Shown here: one piece after another, positions 22,573 to 34,501 of the stretch | Layout: every line of letters begins with the position of its first letter | Position numbering within the stretch: the first letter of the stretch is position 1 | NCBI GenBank assembly: GCA_965223345.1 | Contig: CBDCWG010000012.1 | Location: 448,001 to 512,000 of the forward strand | Direction: 5' to 3' | Source of the DNA: Nitrospinales bacterium | GTDB taxonomy: Bacteria; Nitrospinota; Nitrospinia; Nitrospinales; VA-1 | Length of the DNA stretch: 64,000 nt | Position numbers and translations under genes: made by a program | Notes under the pieces: generated by a model | What the model saw: the letters and a program-made list of their open reading frames with translations, nothing else | What the model was told of the DNA's origin: nothing | The model's database searches: none

Positions 22573-23849
22573 TGGCGTCCCTCATCGTGCAAAAATACGG
22601 CGGCACTTCCGTTGGCAGCATCGAGCGGATCAAAAATGTCGCTCAACGCATCGCCAAAACCCGCGAATCGGGCAAGGACATCGTCGTGGTCGTCTCGGCC
22701 ATGGCGGGCGAAACGGACAAGCTGCTGCAGATGGCGCGCTCCATCACCGATTCGCCGGAGCGCCGCGAGATGGATCTGCTTCTGTCCTCGGGCGAGCGCA
22801 TCTCCAGCGCGCTGTTGACCATGGCGCTGCATGCGATCGGCTGCCCGGCCGTGTCGATGACCGGCCGGCAGATCGGCATCCAGACCGACGACAAGCACAC
22901 GCGGGCGCGCATCCGCCAGATCGATGCGGAACGCTGCCTGGAGGTGCTGAAAAAAAACCACGTTGTGGTGGTGGCGGGGTTTCAGGGCATCAACCAGCAC
23001 GGCGACGTGACCACGCTGGGACGGGGCGGGTCGGACACCTCGGCGGTGGCGCTGGCGTCGGTGCTGAAAGCGGAAAAGTGCGAGATCTACACGGACGTGA
23101 CCGGGGTCTTCACCGCCGATCCCAACATGGTGCCCAACGCGCAGAAACTGGACCTGGTGTCCTACGACGAAATGCTGGAAATGGCCAGCCTGGGCGCGAA
23201 GGTGCTGCAGCTGCGCTGTGTGGAGTTCGCGAAAAAATTCAACATGCCCCTGATCGTGCGGTCTTCCTACAACGATGAAGAGGGGACGCTGATCACCAAG
23301 GAGGACCCGAATATGGAACAGCCGGTGGTTTCCGGTATCATGTACGACAGAAATCAGGCCAAGATCACGGTGGTGGGGGTTCCCGATCAGCCCGGCATCG
23401 CCGCCAACCTGTTCACCGCGCTGGCCGAGGCGGCCATCTCGGTGGACATGATCATCCAGAACATCAGCGAGGAGGGACAGACCTCCATTTCGTTCACGGT
23501 GACGACGGAACACCTGAACGACGCGATGACGGTGACCAAGGCGGTGGCCAAACAGATCCGCGCGGAAGAGATCACCACGGATTCGAACATCTCAAAAATT
23601 TCCATCGTGGGCGCGGGCATGAAAAGCCATTCGGGCATCGCCGCCACCATGTTCAAAACCCTGTCCGAGGGCAACATCAATATCATGATGATCAGCACGT
23701 CCGAGATCAAGGTTTCCTGCGTCATCGACCAGAACCACACCGAGGCGGCGGTGCGCGCGTTGCACGACGCCTTCGACCTGAAGTCCGGACCGGCCCTCGA
23801 ATTCAGCGGCAAGGGGGGCTCGCCGGAAAACAAAATGAAAGCCCTGTGA
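22572..23849 (+). CDS. lysC: Aspartate kinase
   Basis: [21 protein letters not shown], two ACT domains, [13 protein letters not shown] coupling to upstream gene. Confidence 0.96.
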   Translation: MASLIVQKYGGTSVGSIERIKNVAQRIAKTRESGKDIVVVVSAMAGETDKLLQMARSITDSPERREMDLLLSSGERISSALLTMALHAIGCPAVSMTGRQIGIQTDDKHTRARIRQIDAERCLEVLKKNHVVVVAGFQGINQHGDVTTLGRGGSDTSAVALASVLKAEKCEIYTDVTGVFTADPNMVPNAQKLDLVSYDEMLEMASLGAKVLQLRCVEFAKKFNMPLIVRSSYNDEEGTLITKEDPNMEQPVVSGIMYDRNQAKITVVGVPDQPGIAANLFTALAEAAISVDMIIQNISEEGQTSISFTVTTEHLNDAMTVTKAVAKQIRAEEITTDSNISKISIVGAGMKSHSGIAATMFKTLSEGNINIMMISTSEIKVSCVIDQNHTEAAVRALHDAFDLKSGPALEFSGKGGSPENKMKAL

Positions 23850-25435
23850 CCATGAGACGGATACTGGTTTACGACACAACCCTGAGAGACGGATCGCAGT
23901 CGGAGGAGATCTCCTTCACGGTGGAGGACAAGATCCGCATCGCCCACCAGCTGGACGATCTGGGTGTGCACTACGTCGAAGGGGGCTGGCCGGGGTCGAA
24001 CCCGCGGGACATCGACTTTTTCAAACGGGTCTCGCATTCCAAGTTCAAGCAGGCCAGGATCACTTCGTTCGGCAGCACACGCTATCCGGGGAAAAACGTC
24101 GAAAAGGACGTGCTCATGCAGGCGCTGTTGCAGACGGAAACGGAAGTGGTGACGATCTTCGGCAAGTCCTGGGACATGCAGGTCGAGCAGGCGCTGGGAA
24201 CGGACCGGTCGGAAAACCTGCGCATGATCACCGAAAGCCTGGCGTATCTGAAAAAGCATTTTCAGGAAGTGCTGTTCGATGCGGAACATTTTTTCGACGG
24301 CTACAAAAGCAATCCGGAATACGCTTTGAAAGTGGTGCGGGAAGCGGAATCCGCCGGCGCCGACTGGATCGTATTGTGCGACACCAACGGCGGTTCCATG
24401 CCCTGGGAGATCCGTGAAATCACCGAAACGGTGAAAAAAACGCTGAAAGTTCGTCTGGGCATCCACTGCCACAACGATTCGGAACTGGCGGTGGCGAATT
24501 CGCTCAACGCCGTCAGCGCCGGGGCGGACCAGGTGCAGGGTACGGTGAACGGTTTCGGCGAGCGCTGCGGCAACGCGAACCTCATCTCGGTCATTCCCAA
24601 CCTGAAAATCAAGATGGGGCTGGATTGCATCTCCGACACACAGATGCGCCGCCTGAAGGACGTGTCTGCGTTCGTCAACGAGCTTTCCAACAAAGCGCAC
24701 TGGAGCCATCAGCCCTTCGTGGGCCAGAGCGCGTTCGCCCACAAGGGCGGGGTGCACGTGAGCGCCGTGCAGAAAAACCCGCAGACCTACGAACACATGG
24801 ATCCGGAAGCGGTGGGCAATCACCGGCGCATCCTCGTCTCGGACCTTTCCGGGAAAAGCAACATCCTCTACAAGGCCAAGGAATTCGGCATCGATGTGAA
24901 CGGCAGCGACCCCAAGGTCAAAAACATCCTCGACACGCTGAAATCGATGGAGAACCTCGGGTATCAGTACGAAGGCGCGGAGGGTTCGTTCGAGCTGTTG
25001 ATGCACGAAGCGCTGGGCGACAAGCAGGTGTTTTTCGATTTCGTCGGTTTCCGGGTGATCGTCGAGAAGCGGCGCGAAGACGAAGAACCCATTTCCGAAG
25101 CGACGGTCAAGATCCGCGTCAACGGCGTGCCGGAAGTGACGGCGGCGGAAGGCACCGGACCGGTCAACGCGCTCGACAAAGCCATCAAGAAAGCCCTGAT
25201 CAAATTTTATCCGGAGCTGGCGGAGGTCAACCTGTACGATTACAAGGTGCGCATCCTGGATGAAAAGAAAGGCACCCGCTCCAAAACCCGTGTTCTGGTG
25301 GAATCCGGCGACCCGCACTGCAAATGGGGCACGGTCGGGGTTTCCGAGAACATCATCGAAGCGAGCTGGCAGGCGCTGCTCGACAGCATCGAATACAAAC
25401 TCAACGCCTTCTCCAAGAAAAGCGACTCCCAATAA
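23846..25435 (+). CDS. cimA: Citramalate synthase
   Basis: [50 protein letters not shown]. Confidence 0.92.
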   Translation: MTMRRILVYDTTLRDGSQSEEISFTVEDKIRIAHQLDDLGVHYVEGGWPGSNPRDIDFFKRVSHSKFKQARITSFGSTRYPGKNVEKDVLMQALLQTETEVVTIFGKSWDMQVEQALGTDRSENLRMITESLAYLKKHFQEVLFDAEHFFDGYKSNPEYALKVVREAESAGADWIVLCDTNGGSMPWEIREITETVKKTLKVRLGIHCHNDSELAVANSLNAVSAGADQVQGTVNGFGERCGNANLISVIPNLKIKMGLDCISDTQMRRLKDVSAFVNELSNKAHWSHQPFVGQSAFAHKGGVHVSAVQKNPQTYEHMDPEAVGNHRRILVSDLSGKSNILYKAKEFGIDVNGSDPKVKNILDTLKSMENLGYQYEGAEGSFELLMHEALGDKQVFFDFVGFRVIVEKRREDEEPISEATVKIRVNGVPEVTAAEGTGPVNALDKAIKKALIKFYPELAEVNLYDYKVRILDEKKGTRSKTRVLVESGDPHCKWGTVGVSENIIEASWQALLDSIEYKLNAFSKKSDSQ

Positions 25436-25614
25436 GACCGCGGTGGATTCCCCTCCACCGCTCTCCTTTTTTGCCCTCCCCTCTGTCATAAACCCTCATC
25501 GTTTCGCTTTCATAAATCCGTCTTAGGGGTCGTCGTTTCATTGAAATTCTGGGCCTTATATGGTAACCTACTGTTAATATTATTTTATGTAGCATTATTT
25601 CTACATAAGGTGTC

Positions 25615-28494
25615 ATGACCGCCTCCCTTTCCGGTAACGCAGACAACCAATCCGGGCCGCAAGAAACCGGAGGCATCGATACCGTCCTGCCATCCGAAAG
25701 GGGGGAAACCGTCCTGATTTCCCCCTCGCTGCTGCTGTATCTCGCCACCCTGTTCCTCCTCGCCACGATCGGCTGGTACGGCTACCAGAGCGTGGAAAAG
25801 GAAATGAAAAAAAATCTCAGCGCCCAGCTTGCGACCACGCTGTCGGCAAACGTCGAGTCCTTGAAAATCTGGACCGAGGACAAGAAAACCGACGCGGAGA
25901 TCCTCGCCGCCCAGCCGGAAATCCGCGAAAAAATCCTGTCCCTGGTGGCACTCACACAAGAAAAAGACATTTCGGCTGCGTTTCTAAAGCAAACCCCGGA
26001 GTTGGGCTGGTTGCGCGAACACCTGGGGTCGGCGTGCAAAAAATACGGCTTCATCGGCTTCGTTCTGTTCGACCCCACCGGATACCAGGTCGGGGCGCTG
26101 CTCGAGGAACCGGTGGGCAAGCGGCAGATCATCGGCAAATCGGACTTTTTTTACCGCTCGTTGCAGGGAGACACGGTGCTTTCGCATCCTTTCCCGGGTG
26201 AGGTCCCCCTGCCGGATATGAAAGGCGTCTGGCGAAAAAACTGGCCCACCATGTTCGCCTCCACGCCGATCCGCGACCGGGAGAATCGGGTGGTGGGTGT
26301 GCTCGCTTTCCGGATCCGGCCTGAGACGAACTTCACGCAGATTCTGGAAGTGAGCCGCTTCGGCAATACGGGAGAAACCTACGCGTTCAACAAAGAAGGC
26401 CTGATGCTTTCCGACAGCCGGTTCACGGATGAATTGAAATCTCTGGGTCTGATCCCGGCAGAACCGTGGGGCAATGCGATCCTGAACGTTCAACTGCGCG
26501 TGCCGGCGACCTCCCTCCTGCGCAAAAGCGGAGCGGGATCCCAAACATCCGAACCCGCGCCGCTCACCCGCATGGCGGCGAGTGCGGTGCAAGGCACGTC
26601 CTGGCAGGATTTGGACGGGTATTTCGATTACCGCGGCAAGAATGTGATCGGCGCCTGGACCTGGCTTCCGGAACATCATTTCGGGGTGGCGACGGAAATC
26701 GACGTGGAGGAAGCCTTCGGTCCGCTTTACAGCCTGATGCGGGGGTTTTTCCTGATGTTCGGGCTGCTGGTCCTGGCCTCGTTGGCGGCCGGCGGGCTGC
26801 GCTGGCGGCAGATCCGCGTCGAACAGGAGCGCAACCGCGCCTGGGATCAATTGAAGGTGAGCGAAACCTGGCGGCGTTCCATGCTGGACAACGTGATGCA
26901 CGCCATCGTCACCATCGATCCCAACGGCATCATTCAGTCGTTCAACACGGCCGCGGAAAAACAGTTCGGTTACCGGGAAGAGGAAGTCCTGGGAGCCAAC
27001 GTCAACGTGCTGATGCCGGAACCCTACCGGTCGAAACACGACGGCTACCTCGAACGATACCGGGTCACTGGGGAAGCGCGCATCCTCGGCAGTGTGGTCG
27101 AAGTACCGGGACAACACCGGGACGGCTCGGTCTTCGATCTGGAGCTCGCCGTGAATAAAATCTCGGCGGGAACGGGATATTTTTTCACCGGCATCATGCG
27201 CGAGATCACCGAGCGGAAAAAAGCGGACGCCCGGTTGCAATCCCAGGCGCGGCAGCAGGCCGGGGTGGCCGAGCTGGGAAAATCGGCGCTGGCGGGCGCC
27301 GACCCGCAGGATTTGATGTTCCAGGCGGTGCGCCTGCTCAGGCAAACGCTGGATGTGGATTTCGCCCAGGTTCTCGAGCACCATGTGGATACCGACACCT
27401 TCACCATCCGCGCCGGTACGGGATGGGGAGACGGTGTGGTGGGAAAGACCAATATTCCCGGAGGCGATCGCTCGCATGCGGGCTACACGTTCCTGTGCGG
27501 TGTGCCGGTTGTGGTCGAAGACTTCACAAAGGAAACCCGTTTTTCCTGCCCGCCCATCATTCACGAACACGGAGTGAAAAGCGGGGTGAGTGTGCTCATT
27601 CAGGCGGGCAGCGTGCCGTTCGGCGCGATGGGAATCCACACGAAGCAGCAGCGAACATTCGCGGAAGACGAGATCCATTTTCTCGAAGCGGTCGCGCACA
27701 TTCTGGCCACCGCCATCGAACGCAAACAATCCGAGGAACGCCTGCAGCACTACGCACAGGAACTGGAGCGCAGCAACTCGGACCTCGAGGATTTCGCTTC
27801 CATCGCCTCGCACGATCTGCAGGAGCCGTTGCGCAAAGCCTTGCTGTTCGGAGACCGCATCAAAATGACGTCTTCAGAGAGCGCGGGTGAGAGCGTCCTC
27901 TATGTCGAACGCCTGCAACGGTCGATGCATAAAATGAAGGATTTCATCAACGACCTTTTGCTGTTCTCGCGCACCACACGCCCGGGCAAACCGTTCGAAC
28001 GGATCGATCTGAACGAGATGCTCAAGGCAGTGGTTTTCAATCTTGAAGAAATGGTCAACCGGGAGGAAGGCACGGTGCGGCTGCACACGCTGCCGGCGGT
28101 GGAGGGAAACCGGTTTCAGTTGACGCAACTGTTTCAAAATCTCATTGCCAACGGATTGAAATACCATCGCAAAGGAGAACCGCCGCAGGTGGAGGTGCGG
28201 TGCCGGCACGAATCCCGGGACGACTGTGAGATCGTGGTCGAAGATCGGGGGATCGGCATCGATCCCAAGTACCATGAAAAAATTTTCAAACCCTTCGAGC
28301 GGCTGCACACCGACCGGGATTACAGCGGCAACGGCATCGGGCTCGCCATCTGCGCGAAAGTGATCAACCAGCACCGGGGAACGATCCGCATCGAAACCCC
28401 CGCAGCGGGAGGCAGCGCCTTCGTCATGTGCATTCCCAAACAGCAGCACAAAACCTCTTCCCCGATTCCGCAGGCAGCAAAAACCAGAAACTGA
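25615..28494 (+). CDS. Membrane sensor histidine kinase (periplasmic Cache-like, PAS, GAF, HisKA, HATPase)
   Basis: Two TM segments, FixL-like PAS, GAF, SHDLQEPLRK H-box, N-box NLIANGLKY, DRGIGI, GIGLAIC. Confidence 0.92.
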   Translation: MTASLSGNADNQSGPQETGGIDTVLPSERGETVLISPSLLLYLATLFLLATIGWYGYQSVEKEMKKNLSAQLATTLSANVESLKIWTEDKKTDAEILAAQPEIREKILSLVALTQEKDISAAFLKQTPELGWLREHLGSACKKYGFIGFVLFDPTGYQVGALLEEPVGKRQIIGKSDFFYRSLQGDTVLSHPFPGEVPLPDMKGVWRKNWPTMFASTPIRDRENRVVGVLAFRIRPETNFTQILEVSRFGNTGETYAFNKEGLMLSDSRFTDELKSLGLIPAEPWGNAILNVQLRVPATSLLRKSGAGSQTSEPAPLTRMAASAVQGTSWQDLDGYFDYRGKNVIGAWTWLPEHHFGVATEIDVEEAFGPLYSLMRGFFLMFGLLVLASLAAGGLRWRQIRVEQERNRAWDQLKVSETWRRSMLDNVMHAIVTIDPNGIIQSFNTAAEKQFGYREEEVLGANVNVLMPEPYRSKHDGYLERYRVTGEARILGSVVEVPGQHRDGSVFDLELAVNKISAGTGYFFTGIMREITERKKADARLQSQARQQAGVAELGKSALAGADPQDLMFQAVRLLRQTLDVDFAQVLEHHVDTDTFTIRAGTGWGDGVVGKTNIPGGDRSHAGYTFLCGVPVVVEDFTKETRFSCPPIIHEHGVKSGVSVLIQAGSVPFGAMGIHTKQQRTFAEDEIHFLEAVAHILATAIERKQSEERLQHYAQELERSNSDLEDFASIASHDLQEPLRKALLFGDRIKMTSSESAGESVLYVERLQRSMHKMKDFINDLLLFSRTTRPGKPFERIDLNEMLKAVVFNLEEMVNREEGTVRLHTLPAVEGNRFQLTQLFQNLIANGLKYHRKGEPPQVEVRCRHESRDDCEIVVEDRGIGIDPKYHEKIFKPFERLHTDRDYSGNGIGLAICAKVINQHRGTIRIETPAAGGSAFVMCIPKQQHKTSSPIPQAAKTRN

Positions 28495-28503
28495 AACCGC
28501 AGG

Positions 28504-31500
28504 CTACAAAGCGGTTCGCAAAAATTTGTCGATGAGTTTCCGGTAAAACGCCCGCACCTGTTTGGTGGTCGCGTCGTAATCCGCCACCAGGCGCTCGCCG
28601 ATGCGGTCCGCTTCCGAATCGCCGTAACCGAGAAGTTTCCCCAACGGCGCCAGGCCCTGCGCATCCTTTGGAAGGTGGTTGGTGGAGGGATCGTTCTGAA
28701 TGCGCAGCGCACATTCCAGGGTGCGCAGGAACAAATAATGCTTGCGGATCTGCTCCACCTCCTGCTGATCGAGCATGCCGTACGCGCCCAGCTGTTTGAG
28801 CACATCGAGAGTCGGCGTCAGGCGCAGCCCGTGGTTTTGCTTCCCGTGCATGAGCTGCATGATCTGCACGGCGAATTCGATGTCCACGATGCCGCCGAAA
28901 CCGAGCTTGACGTTTTTCCCCTTCCTGCTTTCCCGCGCCAGTTCTTTTTCCATCCGTTCGCGCAGGCGGGAGATTTCGATGAGCGACCCGTAATCGAGTT
29001 TTTCCCCGTACGTGAAAGCGTGCGCCTTGTCGAGGAACGTCTCGCCGAGTTTTTGGCTGCCGGCGATGAAGCGCAGCCGCAGCATGGCCTGCCGTTCCCA
29101 GATGCGGGCGCGGTTCTTGAAATAGTCCTCGTACCCCTGGACCGAATGCGCCAGGGTGCCGCGGCTGCCGTCGGGGCGCAGGTCGGTGTCCAGTTCGTAG
29201 GCGATCCCCGCCTCGGTCCTCTCGGCCGTGAGCTGATGGATCAACTGGCACCAGCCGACGTAATGATCCATGAGCTTTTCTTTGGGAAAGTCCGCATTCT
29301 GTTCTTCCGGCTCGTCGAACACGTAGACGATGTCGAGATCGGAACCGAAGTTGAGTTCGCCGCCTCCCAGTTTGCCGAGGCCGAAGATCGCGAAATCATC
29401 GGGCAAAGGCGCTTCACCACCGGATCGTTTCTGCAGCTCCTCGTACGCGAGTTGGGTTACGGTTTTGAGATAGACTTCCGCCAGCGCCGAAAGATCGTTG
29501 AGGGTTCCGGTCAGATCCGACTCGTGAATCAGAAAACGCAGCCCGATGCGCAGCTCCTCCCCCTGCTTGAAACGGCGCAGCGCGTTTTTGCAGGCGGTGA
29601 AATCCTGAACGCCGCGAAGGTTGCGGTTTAAATCCTCGGCGATTTTTTCGGGCGGTTTGTAACGGTAGATCGCTTCCAGGTCCATCAGCACATCGACGAG
29701 CCCGGGCTGTTTCACCAGGGTGTTGGACAGGTAGTCGCTGCTGCCGAACAGGATGAGAAACAGTTCGAGAACTTTATCATTGCTGCGGAACAGATTGAGA
29801 TAGGAATCGCGGGCCCGGCTCGCCTCGACGAACTTCACCAGGTTCTCGACAGCGGCGTTGGGCTTGGGGATGCGCTCGCAATGATCGAGGATGCGCGGCA
29901 GGCAGGCGTAAAAATCCTGAATGCTCTTCTCACTCGGGTGGGAAAACTGCGGCCCGTCGCGCAACGAATGCAGGAAGCGCAGCGCCTGTTTCGGCTCCGT
30001 GAAGCCGCGCTCGGACAAAAGTTCTTCGGACAGTTCCATGCGGACCGCGGAGGCGCTGCCCTCAACCTTCTGCTTGGCTTCGCGTTCTTCTTCATCCGCA
30101 AACAGGCCGGCGAACATCGTGCCCACCCTCTTGGTGTGCTGCTCAAACTGTTCGAGCAGAGCCTGTCCCTGCTCCTGCGGCGTGCCCGCATGCACGCCCA
30201 TCTTGCGCGCCAGCACCGCGAGTTTGCGCTCGTCCTCCGGCAGCATATGGGTCTGCAGGCCGAAGGAAATCTGCACGCGGTTTTCCAGGTTGCGAAGAAA
30301 GATGTAGGCGGCTTTCAGGTTGTCGTGATCCTCAGGGGACAGGTATTTTTCGTCGCGCAGTTTTTTCAGAAGGCCCAGGGTGTTCTTCACCCGCAGGCCG
30401 GGCTGGCGTCCGCCGAAAATCAGCAGGTAGGCCTGCACGATGAACTCGATTTCGCGGATGCCGCCGAAGCCGAGTTTGATGTTGCCCTTGCCGGATTTTT
30501 TCCCCTTGAGGCTGGCGTTGATCTTTTCCTTCATCGCCTTGATCTCTTCGATGGCGGAAAAATCCAGATGGCGCCGGTAAATGAAGGGTTCCAGCAGCGT
30601 GAAGAATTCCTTACCGAGCGCGATGCTGCCGGCGCAGATGCGCGCCTTCAACAACGCCTGGCGCTCCCAGGTGCGGCCCCAGGACTGGTAATATACTTCG
30701 CAGCTGGCGAGCGAGTTGGCGATCTCGCCGCTGCGGCCTTCGGGGCGCAGATCCAGATCGACGCGGAACACATTGCCCTCGGGGGTGATCTCGTGCAGGG
30801 CCTGGGTCAGTTTCTGCGCCAGCTTCGTGAAGTACTCGTGGTTGCTGAGCCGGATGCCGCCGTCTTCCCCGCCGGTCTCGGAGCGCGTTTCCCCCATGCT
30901 GGAGGTGTAGATGTAGATGAGATCGATGTCGGAGCTGAAGTTGAGTTCCTGCCCGCCCAGTTTGCCCATGCCTAAAATGGTGAATTCCGATTCCAGCCAG
31001 TTGCCCTCGGGATCCTGATACATGGGAGCGCCGTATTTCTGCTTGCACTCCTTGTCCGCCAGTTCGTAAGCGATCTGCAGGCAGACATCGGCGAGGTTGG
31101 AAATGTCGCGAACGGTTTCGAGCATCTCCGCCTTGCCGAGAAGGTCGCGCAGGCCGATGCGGATGTATTCCCGTTTCTTGAACCGGCGCAGGTGCGCGGG
31201 CGTCTGGGCGTCGAGCGTGTCCCCTCCCGCCATCTCGTAAAAATCCCGCATGAGCGCATCCTTCGAGCGGGATTCGTTCAGCACATCGGGATTCTTGAGC
31301 CAGTCGAAATGCCCCGGTTCCTTGAGCAGCGTGTCGGTGAGTACCTGGCTGCCGGAAAACAGGGTTACCAGCGCGTGCAGGAGATCCGGCGACTCGTTGA
31401 GCAGGATGTAAAAATAATTCTGATCGAAGATCTTTCCGGCGAAGCGTTCGAAATTGCTGAGGGCGAGATCGGCATCGTACGACTGCGCCAGTTTTTCCAG

Positions 31501-31680
31501 AAAGGCCGGAAAAAAACCAGAGAACAGAGCGGCAAAATCGAGCGGCTTCGCGAGCGTCAGCAACACGTTCCAGGCTTTTTTGGCATCGCCGAATCCGCAA
31601 GGCGCCAGCGCCTCTGCGAACCGGTCCTCCCAGGGCGTCTGCGAATAGAGCAAGGGCAATGGGTCGAGCTGCAGATTCAT
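28504..31680 (-). CDS. glnE: Glutamine synthetase adenylyltransferase / adenylyl-removing enzyme
   Basis: Two NT domains (GMGKLGGQELNFSSDIDL, GLGKLGGGELNFGSDLD), DLRP.G, WERQA, GGIREIEF / GGIVDIEF. Confidence 0.96.
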   Translation of the reverse strand: MNLQLDPLPLLYSQTPWEDRFAEALAPCGFGDAKKAWNVLLTLAKPLDFAALFSGFFPAFLEKLAQSYDADLALSNFERFAGKIFDQNYFYILLNESPDLLHALVTLFSGSQVLTDTLLKEPGHFDWLKNPDVLNESRSKDALMRDFYEMAGGDTLDAQTPAHLRRFKKREYIRIGLRDLLGKAEMLETVRDISNLADVCLQIAYELADKECKQKYGAPMYQDPEGNWLESEFTILGMGKLGGQELNFSSDIDLIYIYTSSMGETRSETGGEDGGIRLSNHEYFTKLAQKLTQALHEITPEGNVFRVDLDLRPEGRSGEIANSLASCEVYYQSWGRTWERQALLKARICAGSIALGKEFFTLLEPFIYRRHLDFSAIEEIKAMKEKINASLKGKKSGKGNIKLGFGGIREIEFIVQAYLLIFGGRQPGLRVKNTLGLLKKLRDEKYLSPEDHDNLKAAYIFLRNLENRVQISFGLQTHMLPEDERKLAVLARKMGVHAGTPQEQGQALLEQFEQHTKRVGTMFAGLFADEEEREAKQKVEGSASAVRMELSEELLSERGFTEPKQALRFLHSLRDGPQFSHPSEKSIQDFYACLPRILDHCERIPKPNAAVENLVKFVEASRARDSYLNLFRSNDKVLELFLILFGSSDYLSNTLVKQPGLVDVLMDLEAIYRYKPPEKIAEDLNRNLRGVQDFTACKNALRRFKQGEELRIGLRFLIHESDLTGTLNDLSALAEVYLKTVTQLAYEELQKRSGGEAPLPDDFAIFGLGKLGGGELNFGSDLDIVYVFDEPEEQNADFPKEKLMDHYVGWCQLIHQLTAERTEAGIAYELDTDLRPDGSRGTLAHSVQGYEDYFKNRARIWERQAMLRLRFIAGSQKLGETFLDKAHAFTYGEKLDYGSLIEISRLRERMEKELARESRKGKNVKLGFGGIVDIEFAVQIMQLMHGKQNHGLRLTPTLDVLKQLGAYGMLDQQEVEQIRKHYLFLRTLECALRIQNDPSTNHLPKDAQGLAPLGKLLGYGDSEADRIGERLVADYDATTKQVRAFYRKLIDKFLRTAL

Positions 31681-32477
31681 GGTTTCCCCTCGGCGAGTTC
31701 ACCGGCAAACACGGTCACCGCCTGCCCGGAAAGAAGAATGCGATTTTCCCGCACGGCCACTTTCACGATTCCGCCCCGCCGGGAAGCCTGGAAGCCCGTC
31801 AACGCGGTCTTTCCCAACCGCTCACTCCAGAACGGTCCCAGGCTGCAATGGGCGGAACCGGTGACCGGGTCTTCGTCGATGCCCGCGGCGGGCGCAAAAA
31901 AGCGCGAGACGAAATCGATTCCGGTTTTGAGGGAAGCGGCGGTCACCATGACGCCGCGCACGGGAAACGCGCGCAGGGCGGTGAAATCCGGTTTCAGTTG
32001 CACCAACTCCGCCTCGGAGGCGATCTCCACCAGATGGTCCACGCCATCGGTCCCAAAATACAGGCCCTCGACGCCCAACGCCGCGGCCAGACCGGCGGGT
32101 GGGTCGATCGTCACCACCGTCTGGGCGGGAAAATCCAGTTCGATCCAGGTCCCGTTGCGGTTGGCGGTCAGCACCCCGCTTTTGGTGTGAAAGCGCGCCG
32201 GCTGATCTTCCGGCAGGCGGCCCGCCTGCCAGAGAACGTGCGCGGAAGCCAGGGTGGCGTGGCCGCAGAGATCCACTTCCGTGACGGGAGTGAACCAACG
32301 CAACTGGAACCCGTCCGGTCGCTTCAGCACAAAAGCGGTTTCGGAAAGATTCATCTCCGCCGCGAGGTTCTGCATCCAGGCGTCGTCCGCAGGCGCGTCG
32401 AGAAGGCAGACCGCGGCCGGGTTGCCTTGAAACGGCTCGCTGGCAAACGCATCCACCTGAAAAAGAGGGTGTCCCAT
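31677..32477 (-). CDS. PhzF family isomerase/epimerase
   Basis: QVDAF...GNPAAV, NLSETAF, EVDLCGHATLA, EDPVTGSAH. Confidence 0.92.
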   Translation of the reverse strand: MGHPLFQVDAFASEPFQGNPAAVCLLDAPADDAWMQNLAAEMNLSETAFVLKRPDGFQLRWFTPVTEVDLCGHATLASAHVLWQAGRLPEDQPARFHTKSGVLTANRNGTWIELDFPAQTVVTIDPPAGLAAALGVEGLYFGTDGVDHLVEIASEAELVQLKPDFTALRAFPVRGVMVTAASLKTGIDFVSRFFAPAAGIDEDPVTGSAHCSLGPFWSERLGKTALTGFQASRRGGIVKVAVRENRILLSGQAVTVFAGELAEGKP

Positions 32478-32514
32478 GTGTTCACTCTGATTTGACCGCG
32501 GTCGTTGCCGACAT

Positions 32515-32549
32515 AAAAAACCCCTTGGGGTGCTTCCCCAAGGGGTTTT
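32515..32549 (-). terminator. Intrinsic terminator after glnA (possibly bidirectional)
   Basis: AAAAAA-CCCCTTGGGG-TGCTT-CCCCAAGGGG-TTTT, perfect 10-bp stem. Confidence 0.85.
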
Positions 32550-32585
32550 GATTATACCGCGATCGAAGGCCGAACGGGGTTCGGA

Positions 32586-33998
32586 TCAAACGTCGTAGTA
32601 CATGTAAAACTCGAGGGGATGCGGGCGCAGCCTCAGGTTTGCGATGTCGTTGTCGCGTTTGTAGTCGATCCAGCCGTCGATCACATCCTGGGTGAACACA
32701 TCTCCTTTCAACAGGAAATCGTGGTCCTGCTCCAGCGCATCCAGGGCCCCTTCGAGGGAATGCGGCAGCGTCGGAATGCCCTGCAGCTCCTCGGGTCCCA
32801 ACGCGTAGATGTCCTTGTCCAGCGGCTCGCCGGGGTCGATCTTGTTTTCGATGCCGTCCAGCCCCGCCATCAGCATGGCCGAGAACGCCAGGTAGCCGTT
32901 GCAGGAGGGGTCGGGAAAGCGCGCTTCCATGCGTTTGGCTTTCGGGCTCGGCGAATACATGGGAATGCGGCAGGCGGCGCTGCGGTTGCGGCTCGAATAG
33001 GCCAGATTGACCGGCGCTTCGAATCCCGGAACCAGACGCTTGTACGAGTTGGTCGTGGGCGCCGCGAACGCACAGATGGTGGGGGCGTGTTTCAGGATGC
33101 CGCCGATGTAGTGCAGCCCCAGCTCGCTGAAGCCGGCGTAGCCGTTGCCCGCGAACAGCGGTTTGCCGTCTTTCCAGATGCTCTGATGCACGTGCATGCC
33201 GGAACCATTGTCCCCGAACATGGGTTTGGGCATGAAGGTCGCGGTCTTGCCGTGCCGGCGCGCGACGTTCTTGACGATGTATTTGTACCACTTGAGGTTG
33301 TCGGCGCATTCGACGAGCGGTGCGAAACGCATGTCGATCTCGCACTGGCCGCCGGTGGCGACTTCGTGATGGTGGCATTCCATGTGCAGGCCGACCTGCT
33401 CCATGAGGAGCATCATCTCGGTGCGCATGTCCTGCAGCGTGTCGCTGGGAGCCACCGGGAAATAGCCTTCCTTGTGGCGCGGCTTGTGGCTGAGGTTGGG
33501 GCCTTCGTCGCGTCCGGAGTTCCAGTTGCCTTCAACCGAATCGACCGAATAAAACGCCCGGTGGTTGGCGTTTTCGTAGCGCACGTCGTCGAACACGAAA
33601 AATTCCGCTTCCGGACCGAAGTAGGCGGTGTCGCCGATGCCGGTGGATTTGAGATACGCCTCTGCCTTGTGGGCGATGTTTCTCGGGTCGCGGGTGTAGC
33701 GTTCCTTGGTGATGGGATCGACGATGTTGCACAGCAGGCTGACAGTGGGCGCCTGCATGAAAGGATCCATGATCGCCGTTGCGGGATCGGGGATGACGAG
33801 CATGTCGCTGGCGTTGATCGCCTGCCATCCGCGAATGCTGGACCCGTCGAAGCCGAGGCCCTCGTCGAACAGGTGCTCTTCCAGCTCGCTGATGGGAACG
33901 GTAAAATGCTGCCAGGTGCCGATCAGATCCATGAACTTCATGTCCACCATCTGGGCGTTGTTTTTCTTGGCTAAAGCTATGACATCTTTGGGGGCCAT
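32586..33998 (-). CDS. glnA: Glutamine synthetase type I
   Basis: [43 protein letters not shown], adenylylation-site Tyr in DKDIYAL. Confidence 0.98.
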   Translation of the reverse strand: MAPKDVIALAKKNNAQMVDMKFMDLIGTWQHFTVPISELEEHLFDEGLGFDGSSIRGWQAINASDMLVIPDPATAIMDPFMQAPTVSLLCNIVDPITKERYTRDPRNIAHKAEAYLKSTGIGDTAYFGPEAEFFVFDDVRYENANHRAFYSVDSVEGNWNSGRDEGPNLSHKPRHKEGYFPVAPSDTLQDMRTEMMLLMEQVGLHMECHHHEVATGGQCEIDMRFAPLVECADNLKWYKYIVKNVARRHGKTATFMPKPMFGDNGSGMHVHQSIWKDGKPLFAGNGYAGFSELGLHYIGGILKHAPTICAFAAPTTNSYKRLVPGFEAPVNLAYSSRNRSAACRIPMYSPSPKAKRMEARFPDPSCNGYLAFSAMLMAGLDGIENKIDPGEPLDKDIYALGPEELQGIPTLPHSLEGALDALEQDHDFLLKGDVFTQDVIDGWIDYKRDNDIANLRLRPHPLEFYMYYDV

Positions 33999-34147
33999 CG
34001 AACACTCCTTTTATTATGATTTACAGATTCCAATAGAACATGCCTGACGGGGAACACGAAAAACCCCCGCCGGTGTGGACGGAGGAGACCCCGGAAAATA
34101 GAAACGGGTGATGCCTCATCGAAGTTGCGCGCGGGTTTGCTTTTTCG

Positions 34148-34501
<354 letters not shown>

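Noticed and set aside
34000..34147. Possible glutamine riboswitch between glnB and glnA
   Set aside because: No recognisable glnA-motif consensus; would need a covariance search.
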